From positions 160,001-224,000 of the forward strand of contig JARVJZ010000002.1 of the NCBI GenBank assembly GCA_029775855.1: a stretch of DNA of 64,000 bases, read 5' to 3'. Origin of the DNA: Nitrososphaeria archaeon (GTDB lineage: Archaea > Thermoproteota > Nitrososphaeria > Nitrososphaerales > JAAOZN01). The position numbers and the translations under genes were made by a program. The notes under the pieces are model-generated. The model was not told the origin of the DNA and made no database searches. It saw only the letters and a list, made by a program, of their open reading frames with translations. Shown here piece by piece: positions 20,026-30,282 of this stretch (position 1 is the stretch's first letter; each line of letters opens with the position of its first letter).

Positions 20026-21411
20026 ATGCAGCTAAAATTAGGCGACATTCTACCTCGACTCATACCAACCTACAGAAGCATAGACCTTAGATGCGCCATA
20101 GGGTTCCACGAAAATGAGTGGGTTAACCTAAGTACAGTAATAAGGTTCACAAACCAAAGCATCTATGAAGTAGAAAATATCCACAGCAACCAAGCAAAAC
20201 TATTCCCAACGATTAAAACACCCAGAATTGCAATAGTCTGCAAAGCGCTACCAATAAGCACTTGGCGCACATTAAAAGAGCAGATATCCTTTGGGCACAT
20301 TACCTTAAACGGCTTAAGATTCAAGATATCAGCGCTCGACATCGACTCACTTCCATCCATAGTAGCGAAGAATCCTAGGCACATAGTGAGCGAAGGCTGG
20401 AATATCACTGAAGCATCTTCACCAAACTATACTTCAACACCCCTTGAGCGGTATGAAAGCGATCTTATGAAACTCGGCTACCCAACCACATATAATGCCT
20501 TGAATATTTGGCTTCAAACCAAAATAACCACACCTTTAGTTCCAGAACTCGTTGTAGCAGCACCCATATATGCAAAGATCTTAAGGAACGAACGCAGAAC
20601 CGAAAAAACGCTAAGGATTGTGGTTGAAAAGAGGAGAACCCTCAAGAACCTCAACATAGTAGTGGAGGTTCTAAGAGAAAGCGTCGAGCAAGCTGGTTTT
20701 CAAGAAACACTTCAACTACACAGCATACCTCTTGAAGCTCAAAAAGAGGTAGCAATAATAGATTTACGCTTACCAGCAGCGTTAAACGCTGACCAAATAA
20801 GAACTTCGCTTCTAAGTGTAAAACCAAACCCTATAACGCTCGATTGGAGTGAAGTAAGCCTGCAAAAGCAAAGCAAGCACCCCTTGATGCCTAAAAACCC
20901 TTTACTAACACTCTTCGCCAAACTTAGGGACATCAGTCACATACAAGATGACCTACAGAAGGATGAGTGGGTTCAGGTAGATACATTTTATAACGCGGTC
21001 ATCTGGATGCTTTCGCTCTGCGGCTTTAGCGTCATCTATCTTGGTGATAGAGCGAAAAAGAGAAGAGGATATATTAGGCACATCGAAGTAATAGGTGCAG
21101 ACCAACTATCAAACAGCATAATCTTAGGCTTAAAGCCAAGTAGCGAAAACCAAATCGAAAAATGCGTAGAGGTGCTGGAAAAGATCAGAGACGCTATGTC
21201 AGATGAAGTAGGCGCAGAAACCCAGATCATACCTATAATCTTCTATAGGAGGATAGCAGCAGAGGCAACTAAGAGGATGAGTGTAAGCAGAGGAATAATC
21301 CTCTTAGATAGCCTAGATCTCAATAGAATCATTGACCTACTGAAGAATGATAATATTAGAGAAGCTAGGCGTAGACTGGGCGCTCCTACACCATCACGCA
21401 GCCTTTCTTAA
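20026..21411 (+). CDS. Hypothetical protein; C-terminus resembles a degenerate restriction-endonuclease-like fold
   Basis: 461-aa ORF. C-terminal LSLCGF...HIEVIG...IIPIIF...GIILLDSLDL pattern, with no clear PD-(D/E)xK catalytic set. Confidence 0.5.
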   Translation: MQLKLGDILPRLIPTYRSIDLRCAIGFHENEWVNLSTVIRFTNQSIYEVENIHSNQAKLFPTIKTPRIAIVCKALPISTWRTLKEQISFGHITLNGLRFKISALDIDSLPSIVAKNPRHIVSEGWNITEASSPNYTSTPLERYESDLMKLGYPTTYNALNIWLQTKITTPLVPELVVAAPIYAKILRNERRTEKTLRIVVEKRRTLKNLNIVVEVLRESVEQAGFQETLQLHSIPLEAQKEVAIIDLRLPAALNADQIRTSLLSVKPNPITLDWSEVSLQKQSKHPLMPKNPLLTLFAKLRDISHIQDDLQKDEWVQVDTFYNAVIWMLSLCGFSVIYLGDRAKKRRGYIRHIEVIGADQLSNSIILGLKPSSENQIEKCVEVLEKIRDAMSDEVGAETQIIPIIFYRRIAAEATKRMSVSRGIILLDSLDLNRIIDLLKNDNIREARRRLGAPTPSRSLS

Positions 21412-21948
21412 CTTAAGTTCATTTGTCGTAAAGTCTCTACTACCTAAATGCATTATCAACTGAATCTTTTCTGGGTTAAAGACTCTTTTAAAGAGTCCTT
21501 CGTTAACTCTTGCGGCGAGCACCTCTCCTACAAACAGAGTATGGTCTCCTACATGGATACGCTGAACCACTTTACATTCAAGATGAGCAACGCACTCTAA
21601 GATAGATGGGGCTCTTACCTTTAACGAGGGGAGAGGAGTTAGGTTTGCTTCTTTAAATTTATCGACTTCACGCCCAGATCTTTCGCCACATAATATTGTC
21701 TGTTTAATTAGGTCTATTGTAGGTATGTTTACTACGAATTCCCCTGATTTATCTATCAATTCATGGCTGTAGCGTTCTAAACCAACAGATATTCCTAAGA
21801 GAGGGGGACAATGAGATAGTGGTGTGGACCAAGCTAAAGTTATGATGTTAGGCTTACCGTCCAAAGCGCAGGAGACAAGCACAGTAGGTCTTGGATACAT
21901 AAGGCGGAGAGCAAAGTTGAGAGAAACATTTTCCTTCAATTCAACCAT
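21394..21948 (-). CDS. Flavin reductase-like (flavoredoxin) FMN-binding protein
   Basis: YPRPTVLVS, NIITLAW, SGEFVVNIP, SGREVDKF, LECKV, GDHTLFVGEV. Confidence 0.9.
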   Translation of the reverse strand: MVELKENVSLNFALRLMYPRPTVLVSCALDGKPNIITLAWSTPLSHCPPLLGISVGLERYSHELIDKSGEFVVNIPTIDLIKQTILCGERSGREVDKFKEANLTPLPSLKVRAPSILECVAHLECKVVQRIHVGDHTLFVGEVLAARVNEGLFKRVFNPEKIQLIMHLGSRDFTTNELKLRKAA

Positions 21949-22012
21949 ACAGTAACCTAAACAGATTAGGAATAAAAGAATTAATCGAGGAAATACAAAT
22001 TAACATTGAAGG

Positions 22013-22534
22013 TTGACTAACAGAAAGATCTTAGAAGAGCTGCCGAAGTTCAAACCTAAGAATGCACCTTATTCAACTCTAGACAACTTCACCTTGAGAA
22101 TCAGTGGCGCTGTAGTTAAACCTCAAATATTGAGGATTGAGGATATACTTAGATTGCCCGAAGTTAAACTTACAGCAGACTTCGTATGTTTAGAGGGTTG
22201 GTGTGTAGAGAAGATTGCTTGGAGCGGTGTGAGCGTCAAGACCGTTCTCGAGTCGGCTCAGCCGAAACCATCAGCTAACTATGTATTATTTAAGGCTGGT
22301 GAATATACCATTTTACTTGAGATGGATAGAGCATTAAGAGAAGATACGATACTCGCATACAAGTATAAAGGTAAAATGCTTACATACGAACACGGAGCAC
22401 CTCTGAGGCTAATCTACCCTTCACAGCAGTGCTACGAAAGCGTGAAGTGGATCAGCGAAATAGAGGTTTTAGAGCAAGCCGCTGACTATACGGGCAAAAG
22501 AATAGCGCTTTCAAGGTTGCAGACAACAAGGTAG
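22013..22534 (+). CDS. Sulfite-oxidase-family molybdopterin-binding oxidoreductase (single domain)
   Basis: DFVCLEGW (Mo-ligating Cys), WSGV, HGAPLRL, SVKWISEIEV. Confidence 0.85.
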   Translation: MTNRKILEELPKFKPKNAPYSTLDNFTLRISGAVVKPQILRIEDILRLPEVKLTADFVCLEGWCVEKIAWSGVSVKTVLESAQPKPSANYVLFKAGEYTILLEMDRALREDTILAYKYKGKMLTYEHGAPLRLIYPSQQCYESVKWISEIEVLEQAADYTGKRIALSRLQTTR

Positions 22535-22602
22535 AGCAATAATGAGCCATATATTTAAATTCCTAGTAGGGATACTAGAGGTTTGAAGTTCGAGAAGGAA
22601 GG

Positions 22603-25600
22603 TTGGCTTTCATAAAGAGGCTTGAGATCAAAGGCTTCAAATCATTCGGCGAGAAGACTGTATCTTTAAAATTTGAGCCGGGGTTTACAGCGATAACTGG
22701 GCCTAATGGCGGTGGAAAGAGCAACATAATGGATGCCATACTTTTTGCATTAGGGGAAAATAATCCAAAGGCTCTTAGAGTCAATAAATTATCTTCGCTT
22801 ATCTATGAAAGCGGAGAAAGTCGGTTGCCTTCAACGAGAGTAAGCATCGTTTTCGACAACACGGATAAGACTATTCCAGTAGACTCTGAAACCGTTACAG
22901 TTACTCGAGAGATGGATGACAAAGGTGAAAGCACATATTATTTGAACGGTAAAAAGACTACTCGAAATGTAGTAGTAGAAATAATGAGCTTAGCGCTCAT
23001 TACGCGTGAGGGTTTCAATGTAGTTCCTCAAGGCATGGTTATGCACATCTCAGAGATGCATCCAGACGATAAGAGGAGGTTAATAGAGGATATAGCTGGG
23101 GTATCGCCTTTTGACGCTAAGAAGGCTGAGGCGCTTAAGCAGCTTCAAGAAGCTGACATGAGGCTTCAGGTAGCTATGGCTCGCATAGGTGAGATAGAGC
23201 AGAGAGTATATGCTCTTGAAGGAGAGAGGAATGACCAGCTTAGGCTAAGGCATCTGGAAGATGAAGTAAGGTGGGCTAAAGCACTCATAGCCTCCAGAAA
23301 CATAGCATTAGCCAGAAGACGGAGACAAGAAGAGGAAGTGAGAGCAAAAGAGAACTCAGCTAGGCTGCAGGAGTTGAACAATAGGCTAAACGATCTTAAA
23401 ACAGAGATCGCGAATGTTGAAGAAGAGAAAAAGAACTTTCTATCAAATGTGGTTGACAGCTCAGCTGGAAGACTGGTTGATCTACAGTCTAAGATAGGTA
23501 AACTTCTTTATGAAGATGAGAAGCTTAGAAGCGAGAAGTCAAATGCGTCGCTGAGACTCTTCGAGTTAAGAGAGGAGACACCGAAGTTAAAAGAGAGACT
23601 TCAGACATTATTGGTTGAAAGGAAGAATTTTGAGGAACAGCTCAAGGAAGATAACCAGAAACTTAAGGTGTTGGAGGATGAGAAGGCACGCTTAGAGAAA
23701 GATATATTCAATTTACAGAAGGAAAAAGCTAGGCTGCAAAAGATAATCCTCAACCTAAACAATAGGGTTGAGAGGCTAAAGATTGGACAAAGCAAACTTA
23801 CAGCCCGCTTAACTGAACTTAGATCAAAGGTAGAATTGGATAAGCAGAGGAAGAATATGCTTGAAGAGAGCCTTAACAATATAAAGGAGAGGTCAGCTAC
23901 TTTCCTAGAAACACTTAATACGCTTGAGCAGCACTTAAACCAGATACGCCAGTTTAAAGAATCTGAGCAAAACTCATTAAACAAGCTGAAGGAAGATGCG
24001 GATTCTTTAACAAAACGAATAGAGGCTGTCAATAAGGAGCTCACTTTATCACTAGGGGTGCTGGATAAAGCTAGCAGAAAACTACTACAGATAGATGCAC
24101 AACAGTCAACAATAGAAAGCGTTGCCCCCGAAGAAGTATCGGTTAATCTGCTGATTCAAGCTGCAAAAGATGGGGCGGTAGAGGGGGTAATTGGTAGATT
24201 TGGAGATTTGATTTCATTTAAGGATGAATATAAAGCAGCGGTCTTGGCGGCTGCAGATGAGTGGGCTGATGCGCTTGTAGTTGCTGATGTTAAGGCTATG
24301 CTTAGGGTTGCTGAGACTGCGAAGAGGCTTAAAGTAAAGAAGCTTAAAATTATACCGCTTTCTGAAGTTGCTGAAGTTGAGTTTGTGAGAAAACCTTTGC
24401 AAGCCGGTCTCTTAGGTTCCTTGGCTGATTATGTTGATTGTGGTTCGAATTTTAGAGGATTAGTAAATTTTATAATTGGAGATACGGTGTTAGCGGAGAC
24501 ACCTAGAGACGCCTACTTAGCATCACGACAAGGCTTGAGAGCCGTAACCTTGCAGGGATACCTTTTTGAGCCGGAGAGTAAAGGATTTAGGATGGGGTTT
24601 TCAGAGAAACTGAGAAACTTATCAAATATTTTAACTGAGAGCTCGGCTAAGGAGGATGTTGCTAAAGCCCTTAAAGCGCTTGAAGACATGATTAGAAAGC
24701 GTAAATCAGAGTTAGCTTCTCTAAACAAGGAGTTAACTCGGCTTAAAGACGAGCAGATAAAGAAGACGGTCAGCGTTGAGAAGATAGAAGCTGAAGCGGC
24801 AACCATATCAAAAGCTGTAGAGAGATACAGTAGGCTCGGAAATAAGGTGAAAAGGAGAATTGCGGCAGAAGCACAGAAGATTGAGGCGATAGAGAGAAGA
24901 ATAGATAGAACACTCACCAAAATAACCAATATAGAATCTATGTTAAAGACTATAGAGGAGCGGATAAAAGACCTCTCAGCAAAAATACCTATAGAAGAAG
25001 AGCAGAGAATCGCAGAAGAAATAGCCTCAAAGCAGAAGACCCTAGAAGAATTGGCTAATCAAATTAGAGAGCAGATCACAACAATCGCTAAGAGGAAAAG
25101 CGAGCTTGACTACCGACTTATACCAAATATTCAAGAAGTAGAAAAGGTGATAACTGAATATGACACAGAAGTAAAAGAGTTAGAGGCGTTCCTAAACTCT
25201 TCTGAAGAAAAAAGGAATACAATAGCCAAAGAACTCGAAACACTCAAGGAAGAAGAAAGTATACTCCTCAGTAAATCCAAGCAGAGCAGATCTCTAATAG
25301 AAGAATATGAAAGTAAACTCAAGCACCTTAGATCGCAAGAGGAGGCTCTAAGGCGCTCTATAAGCGTGGTTGAAAAAGAACTTCTACTTAACAACAAAAA
25401 CCTAGAGATGCTTGCTGATGCTGAACATAGGTATCTAAGTGAACTCTCAATCTACGGCTACACTGAACCTATAGAATATTTTGATGGTGTTGATGAATTA
25501 ATTAAGAAGCTGAGCGAAGAATACGACGAGCTCAGAAGACAAGTTAATCTACTCGCAGATGCACAATATAAAGAGACATACATAGGCTACAAGAACCTTT

Positions 25601-26148
25601 CGACAAGAAGAAATCAGCTCGAAGCAGAGAAAGAAAAGATCATTGAATTCATAGAAAAAATAGAGGCTGAAAAGAAGAAGGTCTTTATGGAGACATTTGA
25701 GAAGATAGATAAAGAGCTGCGCGTGGTTTTTTCAAAGATTACAGGCGGTTCAGCGTGGCTTGAAATTGAGAACCCAGATGATATATTTGGTAGCGGCGTA
25801 TTCTTAATGACTCAATTCCCTAACAAATTACCTAGGGAGTCGAGCTCAGTAAGCGGCGGCGAAAAGACGGTTGCAGCTGTGTCTTTTATACTTGCGATAC
25901 AAGCGGTTTACCCTTCACCCTTCTACCTATTTGATGAGGTTGATGCGCACCTTGATGCAGTCAATGTGGAGAGAGTCGCGGCTCTACTAAAAGAAAGGTC
26001 AGAGAAGGCTCAGATAATAGCTATATCGCTTAGGGATGCCTTCATAGCTAACGCTACTACGGTGTATGGCGTATACATGGTTAAAGGTGTGTCGAATATA
26101 GTGAGGTATAAACCTAGCATAGAGGTGGCTGCACGGAAAGTTGAATAA
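22603..26148 (+). CDS. smc: Chromosome segregation protein SMC
   Basis: GFKSF, Walker A GPNGGGKSN, coiled coils, hinge, signature SGGEK, Walker B YLFDEVDAHLD. Confidence 0.97.
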   Translation: MAFIKRLEIKGFKSFGEKTVSLKFEPGFTAITGPNGGGKSNIMDAILFALGENNPKALRVNKLSSLIYESGESRLPSTRVSIVFDNTDKTIPVDSETVTVTREMDDKGESTYYLNGKKTTRNVVVEIMSLALITREGFNVVPQGMVMHISEMHPDDKRRLIEDIAGVSPFDAKKAEALKQLQEADMRLQVAMARIGEIEQRVYALEGERNDQLRLRHLEDEVRWAKALIASRNIALARRRRQEEEVRAKENSARLQELNNRLNDLKTEIANVEEEKKNFLSNVVDSSAGRLVDLQSKIGKLLYEDEKLRSEKSNASLRLFELREETPKLKERLQTLLVERKNFEEQLKEDNQKLKVLEDEKARLEKDIFNLQKEKARLQKIILNLNNRVERLKIGQSKLTARLTELRSKVELDKQRKNMLEESLNNIKERSATFLETLNTLEQHLNQIRQFKESEQNSLNKLKEDADSLTKRIEAVNKELTLSLGVLDKASRKLLQIDAQQSTIESVAPEEVSVNLLIQAAKDGAVEGVIGRFGDLISFKDEYKAAVLAAADEWADALVVADVKAMLRVAETAKRLKVKKLKIIPLSEVAEVEFVRKPLQAGLLGSLADYVDCGSNFRGLVNFIIGDTVLAETPRDAYLASRQGLRAVTLQGYLFEPESKGFRMGFSEKLRNLSNILTESSAKEDVAKALKALEDMIRKRKSELASLNKELTRLKDEQIKKTVSVEKIEAEAATISKAVERYSRLGNKVKRRIAAEAQKIEAIERRIDRTLTKITNIESMLKTIEERIKDLSAKIPIEEEQRIAEEIASKQKTLEELANQIREQITTIAKRKSELDYRLIPNIQEVEKVITEYDTEVKELEAFLNSSEEKRNTIAKELETLKEEESILLSKSKQSRSLIEEYESKLKHLRSQEEALRRSISVVEKELLLNNKNLEMLADAEHRYLSELSIYGYTEPIEYFDGVDELIKKLSEEYDELRRQVNLLADAQYKETYIGYKNLSTRRNQLEAEKEKIIEFIEKIEAEKKKVFMETFEKIDKELRVVFSKITGGSAWLEIENPDDIFGSGVFLMTQFPNKLPRESSSVSGGEKTVAAVSFILAIQAVYPSPFYLFDEVDAHLDAVNVERVAALLKERSEKAQIIAISLRDAFIANATTVYGVYMVKGVSNIVRYKPSIEVAARKVE

Positions 26149-26782
26149 AGAAGCCATAGCCAAAGAGCCTCTTAACATACTTGTCAACCCAGACCTCATA
26201 AAAAAACAGAAGCCTTGGAAGATCGATATAGCTTACCTATTGAACCTATTTCTAAGCTTCATATCTAAGCTGGAGCGTTTAGATCTTCGGCTCTGTGGCT
26301 CAGCAGCCCTCTCCTCAGCCCTAATCTACCGCCTTAAAGTTGAATCTCTATTCTTAACCGAAAGATTAAGTGAAGAAAAGAGACCAGTCAATATAGAGGA
26401 TATACCTTTCATACTCCCCATGCCTATAAGATATGAACTTCATTCATCAACGGTTGAAGACTTGATAATAGCTTTACAGAAGATCATCGATGAAATCACC
26501 TCTAGGAGTGATGCTAAACGAACTCAGCCAAAAACTGTAGAGTATACAGTTGAAATCGATCAATTTATAAACAAACTTAAAGAAAACCTTGAACCATTTA
26601 AAGAAAACCTACTTATGATGCTAAAGAAAGGCCCCATCCTATTCTCTACGCTGACCAAAGGTAAAAATATAGTAGAGGCAGCAAGGGCATTCATCTTTCT
26701 ACTCTTCTTAGCAACCGACGGCATAGTCCTTTTAGAGCAGATCGACGAAGACTTGCTGATAACTGGTGCAGTTGAGCTTTGA
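26141..26782 (+). CDS. scpA: Kleisin ScpA
   Basis: PWKIDI N-terminal motif, C-terminal FIFLLFLA wHTH; directly after smc. Confidence 0.88.
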   Translation: MNKEAIAKEPLNILVNPDLIKKQKPWKIDIAYLLNLFLSFISKLERLDLRLCGSAALSSALIYRLKVESLFLTERLSEEKRPVNIEDIPFILPMPIRYELHSSTVEDLIIALQKIIDEITSRSDAKRTQPKTVEYTVEIDQFINKLKENLEPFKENLLMMLKKGPILFSTLTKGKNIVEAARAFIFLLFLATDGIVLLEQIDEDLLITGAVEL

Positions 26783-27300
26783 CCAATGATGTTGAATCTA
26801 AGGCTAAGATAGAAGCTGCGCTTTATGTTTCAGGCAGACCGCTGACCGCTGAGGAGCTCGCTAAAGCTGCTGAGCTGACCTCTAAAAGAAAGGCTGTTGC
26901 ATTAGCGCGTTCACTTATGCAATTCTATAATTCACCTGAGCGTGCAATACAGATAGTTGAATACTCTGGCAGTAGATTTGCGATGCAGCTTAAACCTCAA
27001 TACTCTAAGGTTGCAAAACGCTTTTCTATGAAGCCACTATTATCACAATCAACTTTAAAGACACTATCCTATATAGCCTTCTTTCAACCTATCACATCAC
27101 AAGATTTGGTGGAGAAAAGGGGGCCTCAAGCCTATCAGCATATAAGGCAGCTTGAGCAGATGGGGTTCATAGAAGGGGAACCATCAGGCAAAACAAAGGT
27201 GTATAGAACTACAACAACATTCTCAGAATACTTTGGTCTAAGCTCAGACCCTGAGCAGCTAAAAAAAGAACTCCAATCGAAGGGCGTGAAACTGCTTTAG
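26779..27300 (+). CDS. scpB: SMC-Scp complex subunit ScpB
   Basis: IEAALYVSGRPL, TLSYIAFFQPIT, TTTTFSEYFGL. Confidence 0.93.
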   Translation: MTNDVESKAKIEAALYVSGRPLTAEELAKAAELTSKRKAVALARSLMQFYNSPERAIQIVEYSGSRFAMQLKPQYSKVAKRFSMKPLLSQSTLKTLSYIAFFQPITSQDLVEKRGPQAYQHIRQLEQMGFIEGEPSGKTKVYRTTTTFSEYFGLSSDPEQLKKELQSKGVKLL

Positions 27301-27351
27301 CATACAACCTTTTATATCTTAAGTTAGAGTGCTATTCGGTTGTGACTAACG

Positions 27352-27735
27352 ATGACTAAAGCCGTAGAGAATCTGCGTAAGAGGAAGATCACAGGAGGAA
27401 GAAGAAAGGTAGCACGCTCCAGAAGGGCTTACGAAAGAGACCGATACCCTATAGAGACTATATTAGGCGAGGAAAGGTCAGTAGCGAAACGGGTTAGAGG
27501 AGGGAATATAAAAATTGCCGCAAAAGAGGTTCAGTACGCTAATGTTGTTGATGAGTCAAATAAAGTTAGGCGCGTAAAGATACTTGGCGTAGTAAAAAAC
27601 CCAGCAAACAAAGAATATGAACGCAGACAAGTAATAACCAAAGGAGCAATCCTCAAAACTGAATTAGGTTTAGTGAAAGTCACATCTAGACCCGGACAAC
27701 ACGGCGTAGTAAATGCAGTGCTTGTGAAAAGTTGA
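27352..27735 (+). CDS. rps8e: 30S ribosomal protein S8e
   Basis: RKITGGRR, RVRGGNIK, ITKGAILKT, VTSRPGQHGVVNA. Confidence 0.97.
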   Translation: MTKAVENLRKRKITGGRRKVARSRRAYERDRYPIETILGEERSVAKRVRGGNIKIAAKEVQYANVVDESNKVRRVKILGVVKNPANKEYERRQVITKGAILKTELGLVKVTSRPGQHGVVNAVLVKS

Positions 27736-28025
27736 AAGAATACGACCATCTAATTATTTGGCTGGACTATTTTAACTCAACCTTATCAAGGTCTGAAGGT
27801 AGAAGAATACCTTTGAATAGAGCTATTAGATCTCCTACGCTGGATGAACTTTGCCAAGCAGCTTCAATTTTAGGCTATAAGCCTCAACCATTTCAAGCAC
27901 GCTACCCAAAGAGGAGCCACATTCAATCTGGCTACATAGCTGTAGAAAAGAAGGGAAGTAAAACAAAGCTGCTTTATGAGTTAGCTGAAGCTCTTCGTAA
28001 AGTTAGGGGGAAGGTAACGACCTAA
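27732..28025 (+). CDS. srp19: Signal recognition particle subunit SRP19
   Basis: IIWLDYFNSTLSRSEGRRIP, P.LDEL, YPKR. Confidence 0.93.
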   Translation: MKEYDHLIIWLDYFNSTLSRSEGRRIPLNRAIRSPTLDELCQAASILGYKPQPFQARYPKRSHIQSGYIAVEKKGSKTKLLYELAEALRKVRGKVTT

Positions 28026-28055
28026 AGCTTGAAATAGGAAATTAAAGGCTGAGGC

Positions 28056-29216
28056 TTGGTGTTCAAAATAGATATAGTGGAAGTTAAAGAGGAGGATACA
28101 ATAATTTTAGCCCCTAAAAGCAGCGTTTTTGATAAGATACCACCTAAATCCCCAGCATTTTACAACCCCGCAGCTAAGCTAAATAGAGATGTCTCACTTA
28201 GAATCTATAGTGCGTATGCTCGTTTAACTTGTTCAAACATAACCTTTGGCGACGCTCTTGCTGGTGTAGGCGCTAGAGGACTTAGAGTAGCCAAGGAGTG
28301 CAAAGGTGTCGCCCAAGTCTACTTGAATGATTTAAACCCTAAAGCTATTGAACTTGCCAGATATGCAGCGGAGTTAAATGGTGTATCAGAAAAATGTGTG
28401 TTCACTACAAAAGATGCCATCCTATTTCTAGCTGAGCACTCACAACCAGCGAGACGATTTGACATATTGGATATAGATCCCTTTGGTTCACCCACGCCTT
28501 TCCTTGCTGCTGCGTTAAGAGCGGTTAAGCGAGGAGGTTTAATTTCTCTCACAGCTACCGATACAGCGGTGCTGTGCGGTGTATATCCAAAGGTTGCATT
28601 AAGGAGGTATGGTGGGTTATCTATAAGATGTGAGTATGGAAATGAGGTTGGTGTAAGACTACTATTTGGCGCTGCATCTAAGCTGGCTATGAGCATGGAT
28701 GCTGGCATAATTCCTGTATTTGCCCAAGCAAGCAGACATTATATTAGAGTCTATTTTACTTTGGAGAAGCGCGCCTCAAAAGCAGAGGAGAACCTTACAA
28801 ATATAGGCTACTTAAACCACTGTATAGAATGCGGCTACAGAGAAGTTGGAGCATCATTATTAAACACTTGCCCAAAATGTAAAGCGAAGATGTTGAACGC
28901 TGGTCCTCTCTGGATTGGGGAGATTAATTCAAAAAGTATTCTTGAAAACGCTGTTAAACTTAACTCTGATACTACCAGCGCTGTAGGTAAGATCGTTTCT
29001 TTAGCCCTTGGTGAATGTGGGCTTCCACCTACTTACTATATTGTAGATAAGATAGCTGACCGACTAGATGTGTTGACACCACGCACCGAGGAGGTTATAA
29101 CTCGCCTTAAGACGATGGGTTTTAGAGCCGCAAGAACTATATTTAACCCAAAAGGGATTAGGACAGACGCATCTAAGGAGGATGTTGAAGCGGCTGTTTT
29201 AGGTTTGAAGAAGTAA
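28056..29216 (+). CDS. trm1: tRNA (guanine-26-N2)-dimethyltransferase
   Basis: FYNP..KLNRD, GARGLR, DIDPFGSP, TATDTAVLCG, Zn-finger, GPLWIG. Confidence 0.95.
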   Translation: MVFKIDIVEVKEEDTIILAPKSSVFDKIPPKSPAFYNPAAKLNRDVSLRIYSAYARLTCSNITFGDALAGVGARGLRVAKECKGVAQVYLNDLNPKAIELARYAAELNGVSEKCVFTTKDAILFLAEHSQPARRFDILDIDPFGSPTPFLAAALRAVKRGGLISLTATDTAVLCGVYPKVALRRYGGLSIRCEYGNEVGVRLLFGAASKLAMSMDAGIIPVFAQASRHYIRVYFTLEKRASKAEENLTNIGYLNHCIECGYREVGASLLNTCPKCKAKMLNAGPLWIGEINSKSILENAVKLNSDTTSAVGKIVSLALGECGLPPTYYIVDKIADRLDVLTPRTEEVITRLKTMGFRAARTIFNPKGIRTDASKEDVEAAVLGLKK

Positions 29217-29819
29217 GTCCTGCTCCGGCTTGTAGTTTTTGCATACAAAGTATAATTCGCTACTTTGACCTCTACTAGCTAATGGTTTGGTTATATCTAC
29301 CTTCTCAAACATCTTCCTTAACTGTGATTTGATCACTGGAAGGTCTTCTCCATCAAAGACCTTCAACACAGCCGAACCAGATGGTTTAAGAAGATGTGGC
29401 ATAACTGAGAGCACCCTCCTCGTCAAATCTATCTGCCTACTGTGATCTAGCTCCCAAACGCCAGATACATTAGGCGAAAGATCTGAGAGGATGACATCAA
29501 CCTTTCCGTTTGTGGAAGATGCAACTGCTTCAACTAGATCGCTGCTAAACACATCCATCCTTATAGTTGAGACGTTTTTGGCAACATATTGAATCTCCTT
29601 TATGTCCACGCCTACAACAAGCCCTTCTGAACCCACTCTCTTAGATGCTACTTGGAGCCAACCTCCGGGTGCGGCGCCAAGATCTAAGACTTTATCCCCT
29701 TTTTTGAAGATGTTGTAGCGTTCATCTATCTGTATAAGTTTAAAGGCTGCTCGACTTCGGTATCCTTGTGCAGCGGCTAATCTTCGATAGAGGTCTCGTT
29801 TGGCTTCCCTTAGCCTCAA
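29199..29819 (-). CDS. rlmE: 23S rRNA Um2552 methyltransferase RlmE/FtsJ
   Basis: YRSRAAFKL, DLGAAPGGW, SDLSPNVSG, KP.ASR..SSELY. Confidence 0.95.
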   Translation of the reverse strand: MRLREAKRDLYRRLAAAQGYRSRAAFKLIQIDERYNIFKKGDKVLDLGAAPGGWLQVASKRVGSEGLVVGVDIKEIQYVAKNVSTIRMDVFSSDLVEAVASSTNGKVDVILSDLSPNVSGVWELDHSRQIDLTRRVLSVMPHLLKPSGSAVLKVFDGEDLPVIKSQLRKMFEKVDITKPLASRGQSSELYFVCKNYKPEQDLLLQT

Positions 29820-29834
29820 TACTTTTGGCTCACC

Positions 29835-30233
29835 TTAGGTGGCTGCGGTGTCGCCTTGATTATAGGATGCAAATTCTTGCTTAACCCATTCTACTATCTT
29901 ATTGCAGGTGTATGGCGTAACTACGCCGTTTGGTGCGCACTTACTTTCCACTTCACAGGTTATGCAGGGTGCTTGCTCTATTGATTTAATTTGAATGGGG
30001 AGGCGTAGTGGTGTGAGCTTGTATGTCCATCTGCCGTTGTCAAGGACGCGCTCTCTTTTAACTAGTCCTCTTTTCTCAAGGCGTATAGCTAGTCTTGAAC
30101 CATCTCTGCTTGTTAGGTTAAGTTTCTTCCAAAGTTCACTTTGAAGGACGCCTTCTTTTCCGTGCTCTACAACTAGCTTATAGACTCTGGATGTTAAATC
30201 GAGTACTCCGTTTTGTTTGCTGTTTTGCTGCAT
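29835..30233 (-). CDS. TFE-beta (archaeal RPC34/C34-like wHTH plus Fe-S domain)
   Basis: wHTH (GVLQSELWKKL...LEKRGLVKR) plus C-terminal PCITC-x5-C-x10-C...W; clustered with tfb, gar1 and trm1 as known for archaeal C34 homologs. Confidence 0.8.
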   Translation of the reverse strand: MQQNSKQNGVLDLTSRVYKLVVEHGKEGVLQSELWKKLNLTSRDGSRLAIRLEKRGLVKRERVLDNGRWTYKLTPLRLPIQIKSIEQAPCITCEVESKCAPNGVVTPYTCNKIVEWVKQEFASYNQGDTAAT

Positions 30234-30282
30234 AACGCTTCCCCCTTTTTTTACCGTTATTATTTTATATTAGGGGTAGGTT

